Origin: Bacillota bacterium | GTDB taxonomy: Bacteria; Bacillota; Dethiobacteria; DTU022 | NCBI GenBank assembly: GCA_030611385.1 | Contig: JAUWPV010000007.1 | Coordinates: forward strand, 7,249-71,248 | DNA: 64,000 bases | Direction of reading: 5' to 3' | Shown here: positions 26,794-38,777 of the stretch, piece after piece | Layout of the letters: every line of letters begins with the position of its first letter | Position numbering within the stretch: the first letter of the stretch is position 1 | Notes under the pieces: generated by a model | Database searches by the model: none | What the model was told of the DNA's origin: nothing | What the model saw: the letters and a program-made list of their open reading frames with translations, nothing else | Position numbers and translations under genes: made by a program

Positions 26794-27359
26794 TCTTCTT
26801 TATAAACAATTTCTGATATCTCCTTGCGTAGACGCGTAGAAGGCTGATTAACAGGAACGCCAAGCGGTGATAGCGCTACAACCCGATATTCTGCCGGAAT
26901 GTCACAGGCAGCCCTGGCTTTGGCTTCATCAAACCAGGCTATCCAACAAGTGCCGAGACCTTCGGCATAAGCGGCAAGCATCAGCTGCTGCATGGCCAGG
27001 CCGGCATCGAGTAAGTAGTAGTCTTTGCCGTCATGATTCCCTGATGCCCTGGGATCAGCACAGAGAACCACGACTGCGGGTGCGGTTTTACCCACTGCTC
27101 TGGCCGCCGGGTTAGTACCGGGTATGCTGTCTGCCAGGATTTTCTTCCTATGCGGATCACGAACAATTATAAATTTCCAGCACTGCAAATTGCTCCACGA
27201 AGGAGCCATCCGGGCAGCATCTAAAATACGCGTAAGCTTCTCTTCCGGTACCGGGTCGGGCTTGTATTTCCGAATGCTCCGCCGGTCCCTTAATGCCTGG
27301 TACAGATCCACGAGAAAAACCTCCTCTGTTGAAACAACAATTTTATTCCGTTCAGTCAA
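26775..27359 (-). CDS. nitroreductase family protein
   Basis: 194 aa with a nitroreductase fold ([17 protein letters not shown]). Confidence 0.7.
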   Translation of the reverse strand: MTERNKIVVSTEEVFLVDLYQALRDRRSIRKYKPDPVPEEKLTRILDAARMAPSWSNLQCWKFIIVRDPHRKKILADSIPGTNPAARAVGKTAPAVVVLCADPRASGNHDGKDYYLLDAGLAMQQLMLAAYAEGLGTCWIAWFDEAKARAACDIPAEYRVVALSPLGVPVNQPSTRLRKEISEIVYKEEWGKPL

Positions 27360-27386
27360 TAAACTTCCTGCCGGGATACCCCTGGT

Positions 27387-29540
27387 TTACTCATTTTCTA
27401 CGGGGGCGAAGGTTACCTTACCCTCTTCCCGGCTGGCCCGAATAACCTGCACCGGGATCGAATCACCAAGACGATAAGTTTTGCGGGTTCTTTCGCCAAC
27501 AAGGGTCGCGCCTTTCTCATTATAGACATAATAATCGTCTTTTAATTCACTGACCGGAATCATCCCCTCCACGGTGTTGTCCAGCTCAACAAAAATGCCG
27601 AAATTGGTTACCCCGCTGATAATCCCCGTGTAAATCTCGCCTAATTTCCCTTCCATGTATTGCGCTTTTTTGATCTCGATGCTGGCGCGTTCCGCTTCGA
27701 CCGCAGCCCGCTCTCTTTCTGATGATTGCTGGGCCACAGCTGGCAAACGGACATGCAAACGCTTTATTTTATCCAGGGAAAAGCCGCTTGGTGATAGCTG
27801 TTGCTTTAAGATACGGTGCACCACCAGGTCGGGATAGCGCCTGATCGGTGAAGTAAAGTGGCAGTAACAACCGGAGGCCAGACCGTAATGCCCGTCATTT
27901 GTAGCGCTGTAGCGCGCCTGAGGCAATGATCGCAGGACCAGGTAGCGAACCAGTCTTTCTGTTTTCTCTCCCTTGGTTCTTTCCAACAGGTCCTTAAGGT
28001 GATTCGGTTTAAGAACCTTGATATTCGCTGCAGCTTCGATACCCATCAGGGTAAGGGTTTCACGCAGTAAAATAAGTTTTTCTTCCGTGGGAATGGCATG
28101 TACCCGGTAGACACAGGGTACTTTCCTTTTAAATAAATGTTCGGCAACCGTCTCGTTACAGTAGACCATAAATTCTTCAATCAACGATTCGGAACGGCCC
28201 ATGCTGCGTTTCTCTACCGAGAGAGGTATACCTTCCTCATCAACCTCAATTCGCGCCTCCGGCAGATCCAGATCCAGAGCTCCGCGTTCTATACGCCGCC
28301 GTCTCAGAATCCCGGAAAGTCGGGACATCTGATCGAGTAGATCTGCCAGCGCACCATCCTGGAAAGGCTTCTGATCCGCTTTGTCGGTAAAATGAGCTTC
28401 CACCTGCTGGTAGGTCAAGCGCTCGGTAACCCGAATCAGGCTGGGGAAAAGCCTGGTTCCCGTCAGTTGGCCCTCGGAATCAATATCCATAAAAACACTG
28501 ACAGCGAGGCGATCTTTTCCAGCCTGCAAACTGCATATTTTTTCTGATAGCAGCGGCGGAAGCATATGGATAACCCGATCAACAAGGTAGGTGCTGGTTC
28601 CTCGTTTTAAAGCTTCCCGATCAAGCGCTTTTCCTTCACTCACATAATGGGATACATCAGCTATGTGGACACCCAGACGATAGCTGTCGTTGTCAAGTAA
28701 CTCCAGGGAAACGGCATCATCGAAATCCCGGGCCAATTCGTCATCAATGGTCACCATTTTCAAGTCACGCAAATCAGCCCGCCCCTGCTTCTCAGCCAGA
28801 AGCGCAATGTCTTCCTCTGCGGGCAACAACTCAAGCCCTTCTAACACCGCCGGTGGAAATTCACCAGGCAGATCAAATTTATATTTAAAGGCCAGTCGCT
28901 CCGTGCTGATACTACCGGAAGGGCCGATGAATTCAACTATTTTGCCCCGGGAGGGCTGATTTCCATGTGACCATTCCTCGATCTCAACAACTACTTTGTC
29001 TCCGACTGCAGTTTGCTTCGGACCCGTCAGGAGCACCTGGACCGATCCGGGAAATCGCTGATCATCGGGAACAACGTAATACTTTTTCCCTTCACGCTGC
29101 AGAGTCCCGACCAGTCGACTCTGGCCGCGCTTGAGAATGCCGATTACCGTTCCTTCTCTTCGCCGTCTGCTTCTTTTCTGTTCGAGTCGAACCAGCACTC
29201 TATCGCCATGAGCTGCGTTTTTAAGGTTCCCGGCGCTGATGAATATATCATCACTCTGCCGATCCGGGCGCAGAAAAGCAAAACCACGCCTGTTGCCCTG
29301 CAGAACCCCGGTCAGGCAATCAAGGCGTTCAGGTAAACCAAAGCGACCGCCTGTTGTTTTGATCAACAGGCCTTCGCCCTGCATTTTTTTCAGTTCTCCG
29401 ATCAGGATACTATTATCCTGCTGCTGCATTTCAAGAGCAACAAGGATCTGGGGCACGGTGAGTGATGCCTGTTTGTGTCCTTTTAACAGCTGTTCGATCC
29501 TGCCCCGCAGCTGCACACCAATATTCACCCGCTTTTTCAA
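27387..29540 (-). CDS. rnr: ribonuclease R
   Basis: 717 aa. RNB catalytic domain plus a C-terminal S1 domain. Classic rnr-smpB-ssrA arrangement. Confidence 0.85.
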   Translation of the reverse strand: MKKRVNIGVQLRGRIEQLLKGHKQASLTVPQILVALEMQQQDNSILIGELKKMQGEGLLIKTTGGRFGLPERLDCLTGVLQGNRRGFAFLRPDRQSDDIFISAGNLKNAAHGDRVLVRLEQKRSRRRREGTVIGILKRGQSRLVGTLQREGKKYYVVPDDQRFPGSVQVLLTGPKQTAVGDKVVVEIEEWSHGNQPSRGKIVEFIGPSGSISTERLAFKYKFDLPGEFPPAVLEGLELLPAEEDIALLAEKQGRADLRDLKMVTIDDELARDFDDAVSLELLDNDSYRLGVHIADVSHYVSEGKALDREALKRGTSTYLVDRVIHMLPPLLSEKICSLQAGKDRLAVSVFMDIDSEGQLTGTRLFPSLIRVTERLTYQQVEAHFTDKADQKPFQDGALADLLDQMSRLSGILRRRRIERGALDLDLPEARIEVDEEGIPLSVEKRSMGRSESLIEEFMVYCNETVAEHLFKRKVPCVYRVHAIPTEEKLILLRETLTLMGIEAAANIKVLKPNHLKDLLERTKGEKTERLVRYLVLRSLPQARYSATNDGHYGLASGCYCHFTSPIRRYPDLVVHRILKQQLSPSGFSLDKIKRLHVRLPAVAQQSSERERAAVEAERASIEIKKAQYMEGKLGEIYTGIISGVTNFGIFVELDNTVEGMIPVSELKDDYYVYNEKGATLVGERTRKTYRLGDSIPVQVIRASREEGKVTFAPVENE

Positions 29541-29544
29541 TGTT

Positions 29545-30099
29545 TTAAAGACCCAACTCCTTTGAGCTGTCCTGCATCGCTTCCAAACTTAAACCAAGAA
29601 ACTGCTCCAGGCTTAAGCCCAGCTCGCTGCAGCTCTGAATTTGCTCCCGTCCGGCTCCCCGGGCAAAATTCTTTTCTTTAAATCTTTTCAGAACAAAATC
29701 CACGTCAATTGCAGAAAGCTTTTTCTCAGGATGAATCAGGGCTGCCGCCACCAGTAGTCCGGTAGTCGGATCGGCAGCATATAGGGCTTTATCCATTAGC
29801 GAATTTCGCTCGACTGCTAAAGCCTCATTATGGGCTTTCACAGCCTGGATCATTTCAGGGGGGAACCCTCTTTCCTTGAGCATTTCTGCACCAAGCAGAC
29901 CATGCTGCATTGGATTATCAGCCGTCTTGTCGTAATCAAGATCGTGGAGCAATCCAGTCATCCCCCAGAGTTCTTTATCTTCCTCAAAATACTCAGCCAA
30001 GCGGCCCATTACCGCTTCAACAGCAAGCATATGCTTGATCAAATTTTTATTTTTCACCTGTTCTTTAACCAGAGACAGCGCCTCTTCTCTCTGCATCAA
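29545..30099 (-). CDS. HD-domain phosphohydrolase
   Basis: H…HD motif (LLHDLDYDKT) and downstream metal-ligand pattern. Occupies the slot of yvaK in Bacillus-type synteny. Confidence 0.55.
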   Translation of the reverse strand: MMQREEALSLVKEQVKNKNLIKHMLAVEAVMGRLAEYFEEDKELWGMTGLLHDLDYDKTADNPMQHGLLGAEMLKERGFPPEMIQAVKAHNEALAVERNSLMDKALYAADPTTGLLVAAALIHPEKKLSAIDVDFVLKRFKEKNFARGAGREQIQSCSELGLSLEQFLGLSLEAMQDSSKELGL

Positions 30100-30189
30100 T
30101 TCTCTTCACACCTTTCCGGTTCTCACCATTCAATTATGAGTACATTTCTCCTCTGGAGATACGCCCTCATTCATTATAAATCCTTTCCA

Positions 30190-30229
30190 AATAAAATAAT
30201 AGGCAGGGGTTACATATAGCTCCCCTGCC
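30190..30229 (-). terminator. intrinsic terminator after secG
   Basis: Stem GGCAGGGG/CCCCTGCC followed on the minus strand by TATTATTTT. Confidence 0.55.
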
Positions 30230-30254
30230 GACAAATTATTTTCTGAACCTTAGC

Positions 30255-30479
30255 TCAGTTAATTACAACGAGGACAATCGTAAACAGCATGAAACCGACG
30301 GCCAGGTAGGTAGTTAAATGGCTTAACTTTTCATCAAGCCCTTTCTTTTTCCCTACCAGCGATTGTGCACCACCGGCGATAGCACCCAGTCCGGCACTGC
30401 GACCCGACTGTAATAACACCGTGGCAATAAGAAGAATACATAAAACCAGATATGCAATTGTAACAATGGTCCCAGTCAT
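30255..30479 (-). CDS. secG: preprotein translocase subunit SecG
   Basis: 74 aa with two TM helices. Conserved LLQSGRSAGLG motif. Confidence 0.85.
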   Translation of the reverse strand: MTGTIVTIAYLVLCILLIATVLLQSGRSAGLGAIAGGAQSLVGKKKGLDEKLSHLTTYLAVGFMLFTIVLVVIN

Positions 30480-30558
30480 CTAAATTTCCCTCCACTAAAT
30501 CATCAATACACACTGAACAAACGTAATTCTAACATATAACTGTTGCTTTGACAAATCA

Positions 30559-31836
<1,278 letters not shown>

Positions 31837-33381
31837 CTATCCCTCCTCTTGCTTGCTAACCAGCATACTTCGCCCGGTCATCTCTCCAGGTGCAGCGATA
31901 CCGGCCAGATCGAGAATGGTCGGGGCGACATCAGCAAGAATGCCCCTGCTATGTAAAGCTGTTTTCTTCGGTCCCAATATAAGGAAGGGAACCGGGTTTG
32001 CGCTGTGAGCGGTTAGGGTTTCCCCGGCCCCATTCTGCATCTGTTCTGCATTGCCGTGATCGGCGCAGATCAAGATATGCCAGCCACGGGGTAGGACTTC
32101 GGCGGTAATCAAACCGAGACTACTGTCAACCGCCTGCACTGCTTTGATCGTCGCCGATATTATTCCCGAATGTCCGACCATATCGGCATTGGCATAATTT
32201 GCGATAATCAACGGCTGCTGATCTTTTTTTACAGTCTCAATGATCCTGATAGTAATCTCCGGAGCACTCATCTCCGGCTGTAGATCGTAAGTTGCCACCT
32301 TCGGTGAAGAAACCAGGATCCGCTCCTCACCGGGAAAAGGTTTTTCCCGGCCCCCATTAAAGAAGAAAGTGACATGGGCATATTTTTCTGTTTCGGCTAT
32401 CCTCATCTGGGCCAGACCATGACGGGAATAGATTTCACCGAGAGTTGCCGACAGGTCATCAAGAGAAAAAACCACCGGCACTGCAAAAGAACGATCATAC
32501 TCTGTTATAGTGACGTAGTAAGGTTTTGGCTCTTTGGAGCCGCGGTCGAAACAAGAAAAATCCTCTTCGATAAAAACACGGCTGATCTGACGTGCCCTGT
32601 CCGGCCTGAAGTTGAAAAAGATCACACTGTCTTCTGAACAGATAATTGTTAAGGGTTTTCCCTCCTGATCAATAATTACTGTCGGCTGGACAAACTCATC
32701 GGCTTCACCGCGATTATAAGCCAAGTCAAGAGCCTCCAGCGGATCGATCGCCTTTAAACCGTCACCAGCGGCATAAGCCCGGTAAGCCCGTTCGGTCCGA
32801 TCCCAGCGAAGATCCCGATCCATAGCATAGTAACGGCCGCAAATGGTAGCAATACATCCATTTTGATGCTTCCTGCACAACTGTTGCAGCCGTTCAAGGA
32901 ACGGCCTGGCCCCGTAAGGAATAGTATCCCGACCATCAAGGATAGCATGAATGAAAACTCGCTTGATCTTTTCCCGCCGCGTCATTTCCAGTAGTGCCAG
33001 CAGATGATCAAAATGACTGTGTACTCCACCGTCTGAAACCAACCCGATCAAGTGAAGCGTGCTGTCGTTATCCCTGGTTTTTTTCAGTGTCTGCAGCAGA
33101 ACCGGGTTTTGGTAAAATTCTCCTGATTTGACACACTGACCGATCCTGGTCAGTTCCTGGCAGACAATCCGACCAGCGCCGAGATTAATGTGCCCGACTT
33201 CCGAGTTGCCCATCTGCCCGGGCGGCAGACCAACAGCTTCACCGGAAGCATCGAGGAGAGACCATGGGTACTGCCTGCAAAATCGGTCCATGTTGGGGGT
33301 ATCTGCCTGGCGGATAGCATTACCCTCAATTTTTTCACTATACCCCCACCCATCAAGAATAATCAGGAGAACTTTATTCAA
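31837..33381 (-). CDS. gpmI: 2,3-bisphosphoglycerate-independent phosphoglycerate mutase
   Basis: 514 aa. iPGM family (DGWGYS, ADHGNAE). Confidence 0.9.
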   Translation of the reverse strand: MNKVLLIILDGWGYSEKIEGNAIRQADTPNMDRFCRQYPWSLLDASGEAVGLPPGQMGNSEVGHINLGAGRIVCQELTRIGQCVKSGEFYQNPVLLQTLKKTRDNDSTLHLIGLVSDGGVHSHFDHLLALLEMTRREKIKRVFIHAILDGRDTIPYGARPFLERLQQLCRKHQNGCIATICGRYYAMDRDLRWDRTERAYRAYAAGDGLKAIDPLEALDLAYNRGEADEFVQPTVIIDQEGKPLTIICSEDSVIFFNFRPDRARQISRVFIEEDFSCFDRGSKEPKPYYVTITEYDRSFAVPVVFSLDDLSATLGEIYSRHGLAQMRIAETEKYAHVTFFFNGGREKPFPGEERILVSSPKVATYDLQPEMSAPEITIRIIETVKKDQQPLIIANYANADMVGHSGIISATIKAVQAVDSSLGLITAEVLPRGWHILICADHGNAEQMQNGAGETLTAHSANPVPFLILGPKKTALHSRGILADVAPTILDLAGIAAPGEMTGRSMLVSKQEEG

Positions 33382-34145
33382 CTGATTACCGCCTTTCGGG
33401 CGGCCTGAATTAAAGCACTAAATGTATTTGCTTCAAGGCTCGCTCCGCCAACCAGGGCGCCCTGAACTGAAGGTAGCACCATATATGGGCCAATATTATC
33501 AGCTTTCACACTTCCACCATATTGGATACGAAGACCAACCACTTTTTTTTCGCCAAAATTGCTAAGGAAATAACGGCAGATCGATGCCGCCGCACTTTCT
33601 GCATCAGCAGTCGAAGCTGCTTTGCCGGTGCCGATAGCCCAAACTGGTTCATATGCAACTATCAGATCGCTTATTTTCCCCGATTCCAGGCCTTCGAGAG
33701 CTCCAGCAAGCTGTTTTTCAATGACAGCTTCGGTTAAACCCTGCTCACGTTCCTTTTCTGTTTCGCCGACACAAAGGATCGGTTTTAAGCCGCTTTCCAG
33801 CGCCGTCTTAACTTTTTGCCGGATCTGGTTGTCATCTTCACCCATCAGGTGCCGCCGTTCAGAATGACCGATAATAACATATTCAACCCCTAACGCGAGC
33901 AGCATCGGCGCCGCTATCTCACCAGTAAAGGCTCCCTGCCGCTCCCAGTGCATGTTCTGGGCACCCAGCTTGATCGAGCTGCCTTTCAGGGCGGCAGATG
34001 CAGTCGCAAGAGCGGTAAAAGGAGGGCAGATCAATACCTCGACTCCAGTAAAAAGAGTTTCACTTTGGCGAATAAACCGGCAAAAATCGCCTGTTTCAGC
34101 CACAGTTTTATGCATTTTCCAGTTTGCGGCAATGATCAATTCCAT
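33378..34145 (-). CDS. tpiA: triosephosphate isomerase
   Basis: ANWKMHK start region, catalytic HSERR, AYEPVWAIGTG. Start taken at MELIIAANWKMHK; the ORF extends to 34160. Confidence 0.9.
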   Translation of the reverse strand: MELIIAANWKMHKTVAETGDFCRFIRQSETLFTGVEVLICPPFTALATASAALKGSSIKLGAQNMHWERQGAFTGEIAAPMLLALGVEYVIIGHSERRHLMGEDDNQIRQKVKTALESGLKPILCVGETEKEREQGLTEAVIEKQLAGALEGLESGKISDLIVAYEPVWAIGTGKAASTADAESAAASICRYFLSNFGEKKVVGLRIQYGGSVKADNIGPYMVLPSVQGALVGGASLEANTFSALIQAARKAVIS

Positions 34146-34177
34146 ACCTTCATCTCCCAATCATACCAGGCTTAAGT

Positions 34178-35362
34178 TTATTTATCCTGCAGTACGGAGA
34201 TTCCAGGCAACTCTTTACCTTCCCAGAATTCAAGGGTGGCGCCCCCACCAGTGGATATGAAACTGACTTCCTGTGAAAGCCCCAGCGTCTCCAGCGCAGC
34301 AACAAGATCTCCGCCACCGACTATCGAGTAAGCGCTGCTTTGAGCAATTGCCCGTGCCACCAATTCTGTCCCAAGGTTAAAAGGAGGAACCTCAAAAACA
34401 CCCAGAGGTCCATTCCAGAGAATCATTGCCGATTTCGCAATAATCCCACTGAAAAGGGATACTGTTTCGGAACCAATATCAACGGCTTTCCAGTCACCAT
34501 CAATCTGATCAGGAGCCATAACTTCTGAATGGCAACCAGCCTGCAGTTCCCGTGTTACGACGAGATCAACCGGCAAAACCAGGCGGCAACCGCTTTTCTT
34601 GCTCTCGGAAAGCAACAACGCCGCTTCTTCAACCAGATCTTTTTCATAAAATGATGCTCCCAAATTGCAGGCTTTGGCTGCTAAAAATGTATTGGCCATA
34701 CCGCCGCCAATCAAGAGTGTGTCAGCCAGGGTTAAAAACCGGTGGATAACTTTGATTTTATCGGATACTTTGGCTCCACCCAGGATCGCCGTCAGGGGAC
34801 GGCCCGGATCCTCAAGACAGCGGGAGAGCTCTTCGATCTCTTTTTTCATCAACAGACCGGCCACGGCTGGAATATAGGCAGCGACTCCTACTGTAGAAGC
34901 ATGAGCCCGGTGAGCAGTGCCAAAAGCATCATTGACAAAAAGGTCAACCGGCTCAGCCAGAAGGCGGGCAAAATCAGGATCGTTTTTCTCCTCACCCTTT
35001 TCAAAACGAAGGTTTTCCAGAAGCAGGATCTCTCCATCTTTCAAACCGGCGATCGCTTTGCTTACCACCGGACCCGTAACCTGATCAAGCTTTACCACCG
35101 GTTTAACCAGAAGCTCTGCCAGCTTGGCAGCAACCGGATCCATTTTCAAATCCGGTTTCGCTTCTCCTTTAGGTCTGCCCAGGTGTGAGGCCAAAACCAG
35201 CCGTGCCCCCCGCGCCAGCAGCGCTTCAATAGTCGGCAGAGCAGCCCTGATCCGGGTGTCATCACGAACTCTTCCTTCCGCCAGGGGCACATTAAAATCA
35301 ACCCGCACCAGTATTTTTTTACCGGTTACATCAACATCTTCAATACTAATCTTGTTCAGCAA
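34178..35362 (-). CDS. pgk: phosphoglycerate kinase
   Basis: 394 aa with full-length PGK similarity. Confidence 0.95.
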   Translation of the reverse strand: MLNKISIEDVDVTGKKILVRVDFNVPLAEGRVRDDTRIRAALPTIEALLARGARLVLASHLGRPKGEAKPDLKMDPVAAKLAELLVKPVVKLDQVTGPVVSKAIAGLKDGEILLLENLRFEKGEEKNDPDFARLLAEPVDLFVNDAFGTAHRAHASTVGVAAYIPAVAGLLMKKEIEELSRCLEDPGRPLTAILGGAKVSDKIKVIHRFLTLADTLLIGGGMANTFLAAKACNLGASFYEKDLVEEAALLLSESKKSGCRLVLPVDLVVTRELQAGCHSEVMAPDQIDGDWKAVDIGSETVSLFSGIIAKSAMILWNGPLGVFEVPPFNLGTELVARAIAQSSAYSIVGGGDLVAALETLGLSQEVSFISTGGGATLEFWEGKELPGISVLQDK

Positions 35363-35383
35363 TACAGTTCACTCCCCGACGCC

Positions 35384-36805
35384 TCACGAACGACGGCGTT
35401 TATATGAAGCGGGAATGGAGATCTCTCCCCGGTATTTAGCGACAGTCCTTCTCGAAATGTTGATGCCTCGTTCCTGTAGCAGTTCGGCCAACCGCTGATC
35501 GCTCCGTGGCTTATCTTGATTCTCGCCATCAATCAGCTCACTGATATAAGTCTTCACGCTGTGAGAAGAATAGTCGATTCCTCTGGTCCCGGTCAAACCG
35601 CTGGAAAAGAAAAATTTAAGGGGAAACAATCCACGTGTTGTCTGAATATACTTATTCGCAGTAGCCCGACTGACCGTTGATTCATGAACACCAACATTAA
35701 GGGCGACTTCCTTCAGGGTAAGTGGTTTGAGTTTTTTTATACCGTACTCGAGAAAAGGCCTCTGGATATCGACAATCTGCTGGGAGACCTTAAACAGAGT
35801 TAAGCGCCTCTGCTCGATACTGCGAATTAACCAGTAGGCTTTTTCAATTCTATCCTTGATAAAAGAAGATAGCTGTTTATCAGTAGAGTCGCTTTTAAGC
35901 ACCTTTAGATAAAAAGGACTGATGGTCAGCTGGGGAATACCGCAGTCATTACCAATGACCACATATTGATCATCAATTTTTTCCACGATCACTTCTGGCA
36001 CGATATAGCGAGTTTTCTCACCTTCGCCAAAAATCGAACCCGGCTTCGGATTCAAAGTGCGAATAAAGTCAACAGCCTCCCGAACCACCGGTTCTTCGCA
36101 GTCAAGACGGGAAGCAATATAGCGGTGCCGACAATCGGCTGCTGCTGGAAGATAGTGTTTAACTATTTCCACAGCAAGAGTTGGTGGGTGATCGAGTTTC
36201 TTCAGCTGCAGCATCAGGCATTCCTGTAAATTGCGGCAGCCTATCCCAGTCGGTTCGAGTTTCTGAATAATCGTTAATGCCTCTTCGAGTTCGCTTAGTT
36301 TCGCATCGAGCGCAGTTGCCAGCTCTTCAAGATCACCCTGCAGATAGCCGTTATGGTCGAGATTACCGGCCAGGTAGGCCGAAATGCTATATTGACGGGC
36401 AGTCAGCCGAAGCATGCGCAGCTGGCCCATCAGATCTTCAATCATTGTTCCGGCCATTCCGGCACAATTCTCTACTGAAGGCTGATATTCCGGTATCTCT
36501 CTCGCTCTTCCATATGATGATGTGGCTGCTATGTCGACGCCCATATCGCGGAAGTAATCCTCCCACGGAAAATCGTCATCAGGGGTTTGATCCTCTGCTG
36601 TTACTGTTTCCGGTTCGTTGCCCTCTTCTTTTTCTACTTCTTTCGCTTCCTGTATTTCCAAAACCGGGTTATTGAGAAGTTCTTCCTGGATATGATCCTG
36701 CAGTTCAAGTGAAGAATACTGTAGTAAGGTTATCGCCAGTTTCAGTTCGGGTGTTATAATCAGCTTTTGGGTCTGTTCAAGCTTCAGGTTGAAATCCAGT
36801 TTCAC
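35384..36805 (-). CDS. rpoN: RNA polymerase sigma-54 factor
   Basis: 473 aa. N-terminal activator-interaction region, C-terminal RpoN box (ARRTVAKYR). Confidence 0.85.
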   Translation of the reverse strand: MKLDFNLKLEQTQKLIITPELKLAITLLQYSSLELQDHIQEELLNNPVLEIQEAKEVEKEEGNEPETVTAEDQTPDDDFPWEDYFRDMGVDIAATSSYGRAREIPEYQPSVENCAGMAGTMIEDLMGQLRMLRLTARQYSISAYLAGNLDHNGYLQGDLEELATALDAKLSELEEALTIIQKLEPTGIGCRNLQECLMLQLKKLDHPPTLAVEIVKHYLPAAADCRHRYIASRLDCEEPVVREAVDFIRTLNPKPGSIFGEGEKTRYIVPEVIVEKIDDQYVVIGNDCGIPQLTISPFYLKVLKSDSTDKQLSSFIKDRIEKAYWLIRSIEQRRLTLFKVSQQIVDIQRPFLEYGIKKLKPLTLKEVALNVGVHESTVSRATANKYIQTTRGLFPLKFFFSSGLTGTRGIDYSSHSVKTYISELIDGENQDKPRSDQRLAELLQERGINISRRTVAKYRGEISIPASYKRRRS

Positions 36806-36886
36806 GGTTAACGCTCCAATCAGAAAAATCGGGATGCCTACTAACCCTATTTTGCTATTTCGACACCCGATCTTCAGTTCCTGCCC

Positions 36887-37864
36887 TTACTTGTCTGACT
36901 GGCATGATATTTGCTTGTTTCTATGAGAAGTGACCTTATTAAGGATATTATCCAGCTGGCGGAAACGGTGATTCATGCCCGATTTGCTGACGGGAGGATT
37001 AAGCATTTCACCCAGTTCTTTCAAAGATGCCTCGGGAAAACTTCTCCGGATATAGGCAGCTTCCCTGAGGGCGGGTGAAATATTAGCCAGACCGATCAGG
37101 CCATCAATACGGGCAATAACCTCTATCTGCTGCTGAGCGGATGCCACTACTTTTTCTAGATTGGCTGTTTCACAATTAACTAGCCGGTTAACCTGATTAC
37201 GTATGCTTTTTACGACCCGCATGCTCTCCAGTTCCAGCAGAGTATTTCCAGCACCGATGATCCTCAAATAATCAGCAACTGCTTCCGCATTTTTAAAATA
37301 GAAAAAAATACTGCCATTCCTTCGCCTGATCAAAGGAGTCAGATTGAAGTGTTCGAGTATTTTTTGATAGATCTGGGCATCATCAAGGCCGCCGCAGTTA
37401 ATTTCAAGGTGATACCCTGAATGCCTGGAAATGCTGATACTGCCTCCAGCCAAAAAAGCGCCGCGGAGAAAAGCCTTCCGGCAGCAGCTTCTTCGGGGAA
37501 CAGCGGTAAACCGCCGTAGAAAACTGAGATAATGCCCGGCTTCTTTGAGATCGAGATAAACCAGAAGGGCATCAACCTGATCACGGCCGGGTACCTGGAT
37601 CAGAAACCGGCTCCGGTGCAGACGTTTTTCCTGTTGTCTGATAATGGTGGGTGAAACTACTCCCGCCTGGCGCAGCAGGTAAAAAAGGCGGCGGGCAACA
37701 GCAATATCATCGACTGCTATGCTGAGAATATGTGTCTTTTGACGGATTGTATAATAACCATGCCTGAGCAAAAGGGCTTTTAACTCCCAGGAGTTGCAGC
37801 AGACCAGCATCTCCTCAGGTCTGGCCAATTCTTGCTTTACCTGCCTGGTTAAAGACAACTGCAC
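36887..37864 (-). CDS. whiA: DNA-binding sporulation/cell-division regulator WhiA
   Basis: 325 aa. LAGLIDADG-like core plus a C-terminal HTH. Adjacent to rapZ, as in Gram-positives. Confidence 0.85.
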   Translation of the reverse strand: MQLSLTRQVKQELARPEEMLVCCNSWELKALLLRHGYYTIRQKTHILSIAVDDIAVARRLFYLLRQAGVVSPTIIRQQEKRLHRSRFLIQVPGRDQVDALLVYLDLKEAGHYLSFLRRFTAVPRRSCCRKAFLRGAFLAGGSISISRHSGYHLEINCGGLDDAQIYQKILEHFNLTPLIRRRNGSIFFYFKNAEAVADYLRIIGAGNTLLELESMRVVKSIRNQVNRLVNCETANLEKVVASAQQQIEVIARIDGLIGLANISPALREAAYIRRSFPEASLKELGEMLNPPVSKSGMNHRFRQLDNILNKVTSHRNKQISCQSDK

Positions 37865-37875
37865 TGCGCCTCCTG

Positions 37876-38718
37876 TCAGTTTTTGTGAATATCCCTGTGC
37901 TCAACAGTCAGGTTGAAGTGGGATCCTAAAACGTGTCCAAGCTCATCAGAGATGACCACCGAGCGATGCTTGCCGCCAGTACAGCCAATAGAGACAACCA
38001 GGTTGGTTTTACCCTCTTTAACATAAAAGGGTATTGAAAACTCAAGTAAATCTTTCACTTTATTAAAGTAATTCCCGGTCTCGGCCCATCGCCAGAGATA
38101 ATCTTTTACCTGGTCATCCTCACCGGTCAAAACCTTCAGATGATCGACATAGTGGGGGTTGGGCAAAAAACGCACATCAAATACCAGGTCTGCATCCGGC
38201 GGCAAACCGTATTTAAAACCAAAAGAGACGATCCGGATCTGCATGTTCTTATCGCGCTGTTCAGGTTCATAAAGCTCCACGATCCTGCCTTTGAGTTCCC
38301 ATGGTTTAAGCGACGATGTGTCTATCTCCCGATCAGCCCTGCCCCTTAATTCGCTGAGAACTTCCCGCTCTTTTCGGATCGCTTCAGGCAGACTTATATT
38401 CCCGAGTGGATGGCGGCGGCGCGTCTCTTTATAGCGCCTGATCAACACCTCGTCATCTGCCACCAGGAACAGAATCTCATAATCTGCTTTTCGATCCTCC
38501 AGTTCCTGCAGAGCTTCAAACAGATCTTCGAAAAAAGCAGCCCCGCGCATATCACAAACCAGTGCTACTTTCTTATTTTCAGATTGAATGAACAGGTCAG
38601 CAAATTTTGGGATCAGGGTTGGCGGCATGTTATCAACACAGTAGTAGCCCAGATCTTCAAAACAGTTGAGAGCATGACTCTTACCGGCCCCGGAAAGACC
38701 GGTAATCAGAACAATGCG
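37876..38718 (-). CDS. rapZ: RNase adapter protein RapZ (YvcJ, P-loop NTPase)
   Basis: Walker A GLSGAGKS near the N-terminus. Start taken at MRIVLITG; the ORF extends to 38739. Confidence 0.85.
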   Translation of the reverse strand, partial: RIVLITGLSGAGKSHALNCFEDLGYYCVDNMPPTLIPKFADLFIQSENKKVALVCDMRGAAFFEDLFEALQELEDRKADYEILFLVADDEVLIRRYKETRRRHPLGNISLPEAIRKEREVLSELRGRADREIDTSSLKPWELKGRIVELYEPEQRDKNMQIRIVSFGFKYGLPPDADLVFDVRFLPNPHYVDHLKVLTGEDDQVKDYLWRWAETGNYFNKVKDLLEFSIPFYVKEGKTNLVVSIGCTGGKHRSVVISDELGHVLGSHFNLTVEHRDIHKN

Positions 38719-38777
38719 CATAGCATCAGTTTTACCCATTAAATCGTGCCTCCACAGTTTAATCGAAAAGCGGCAGG

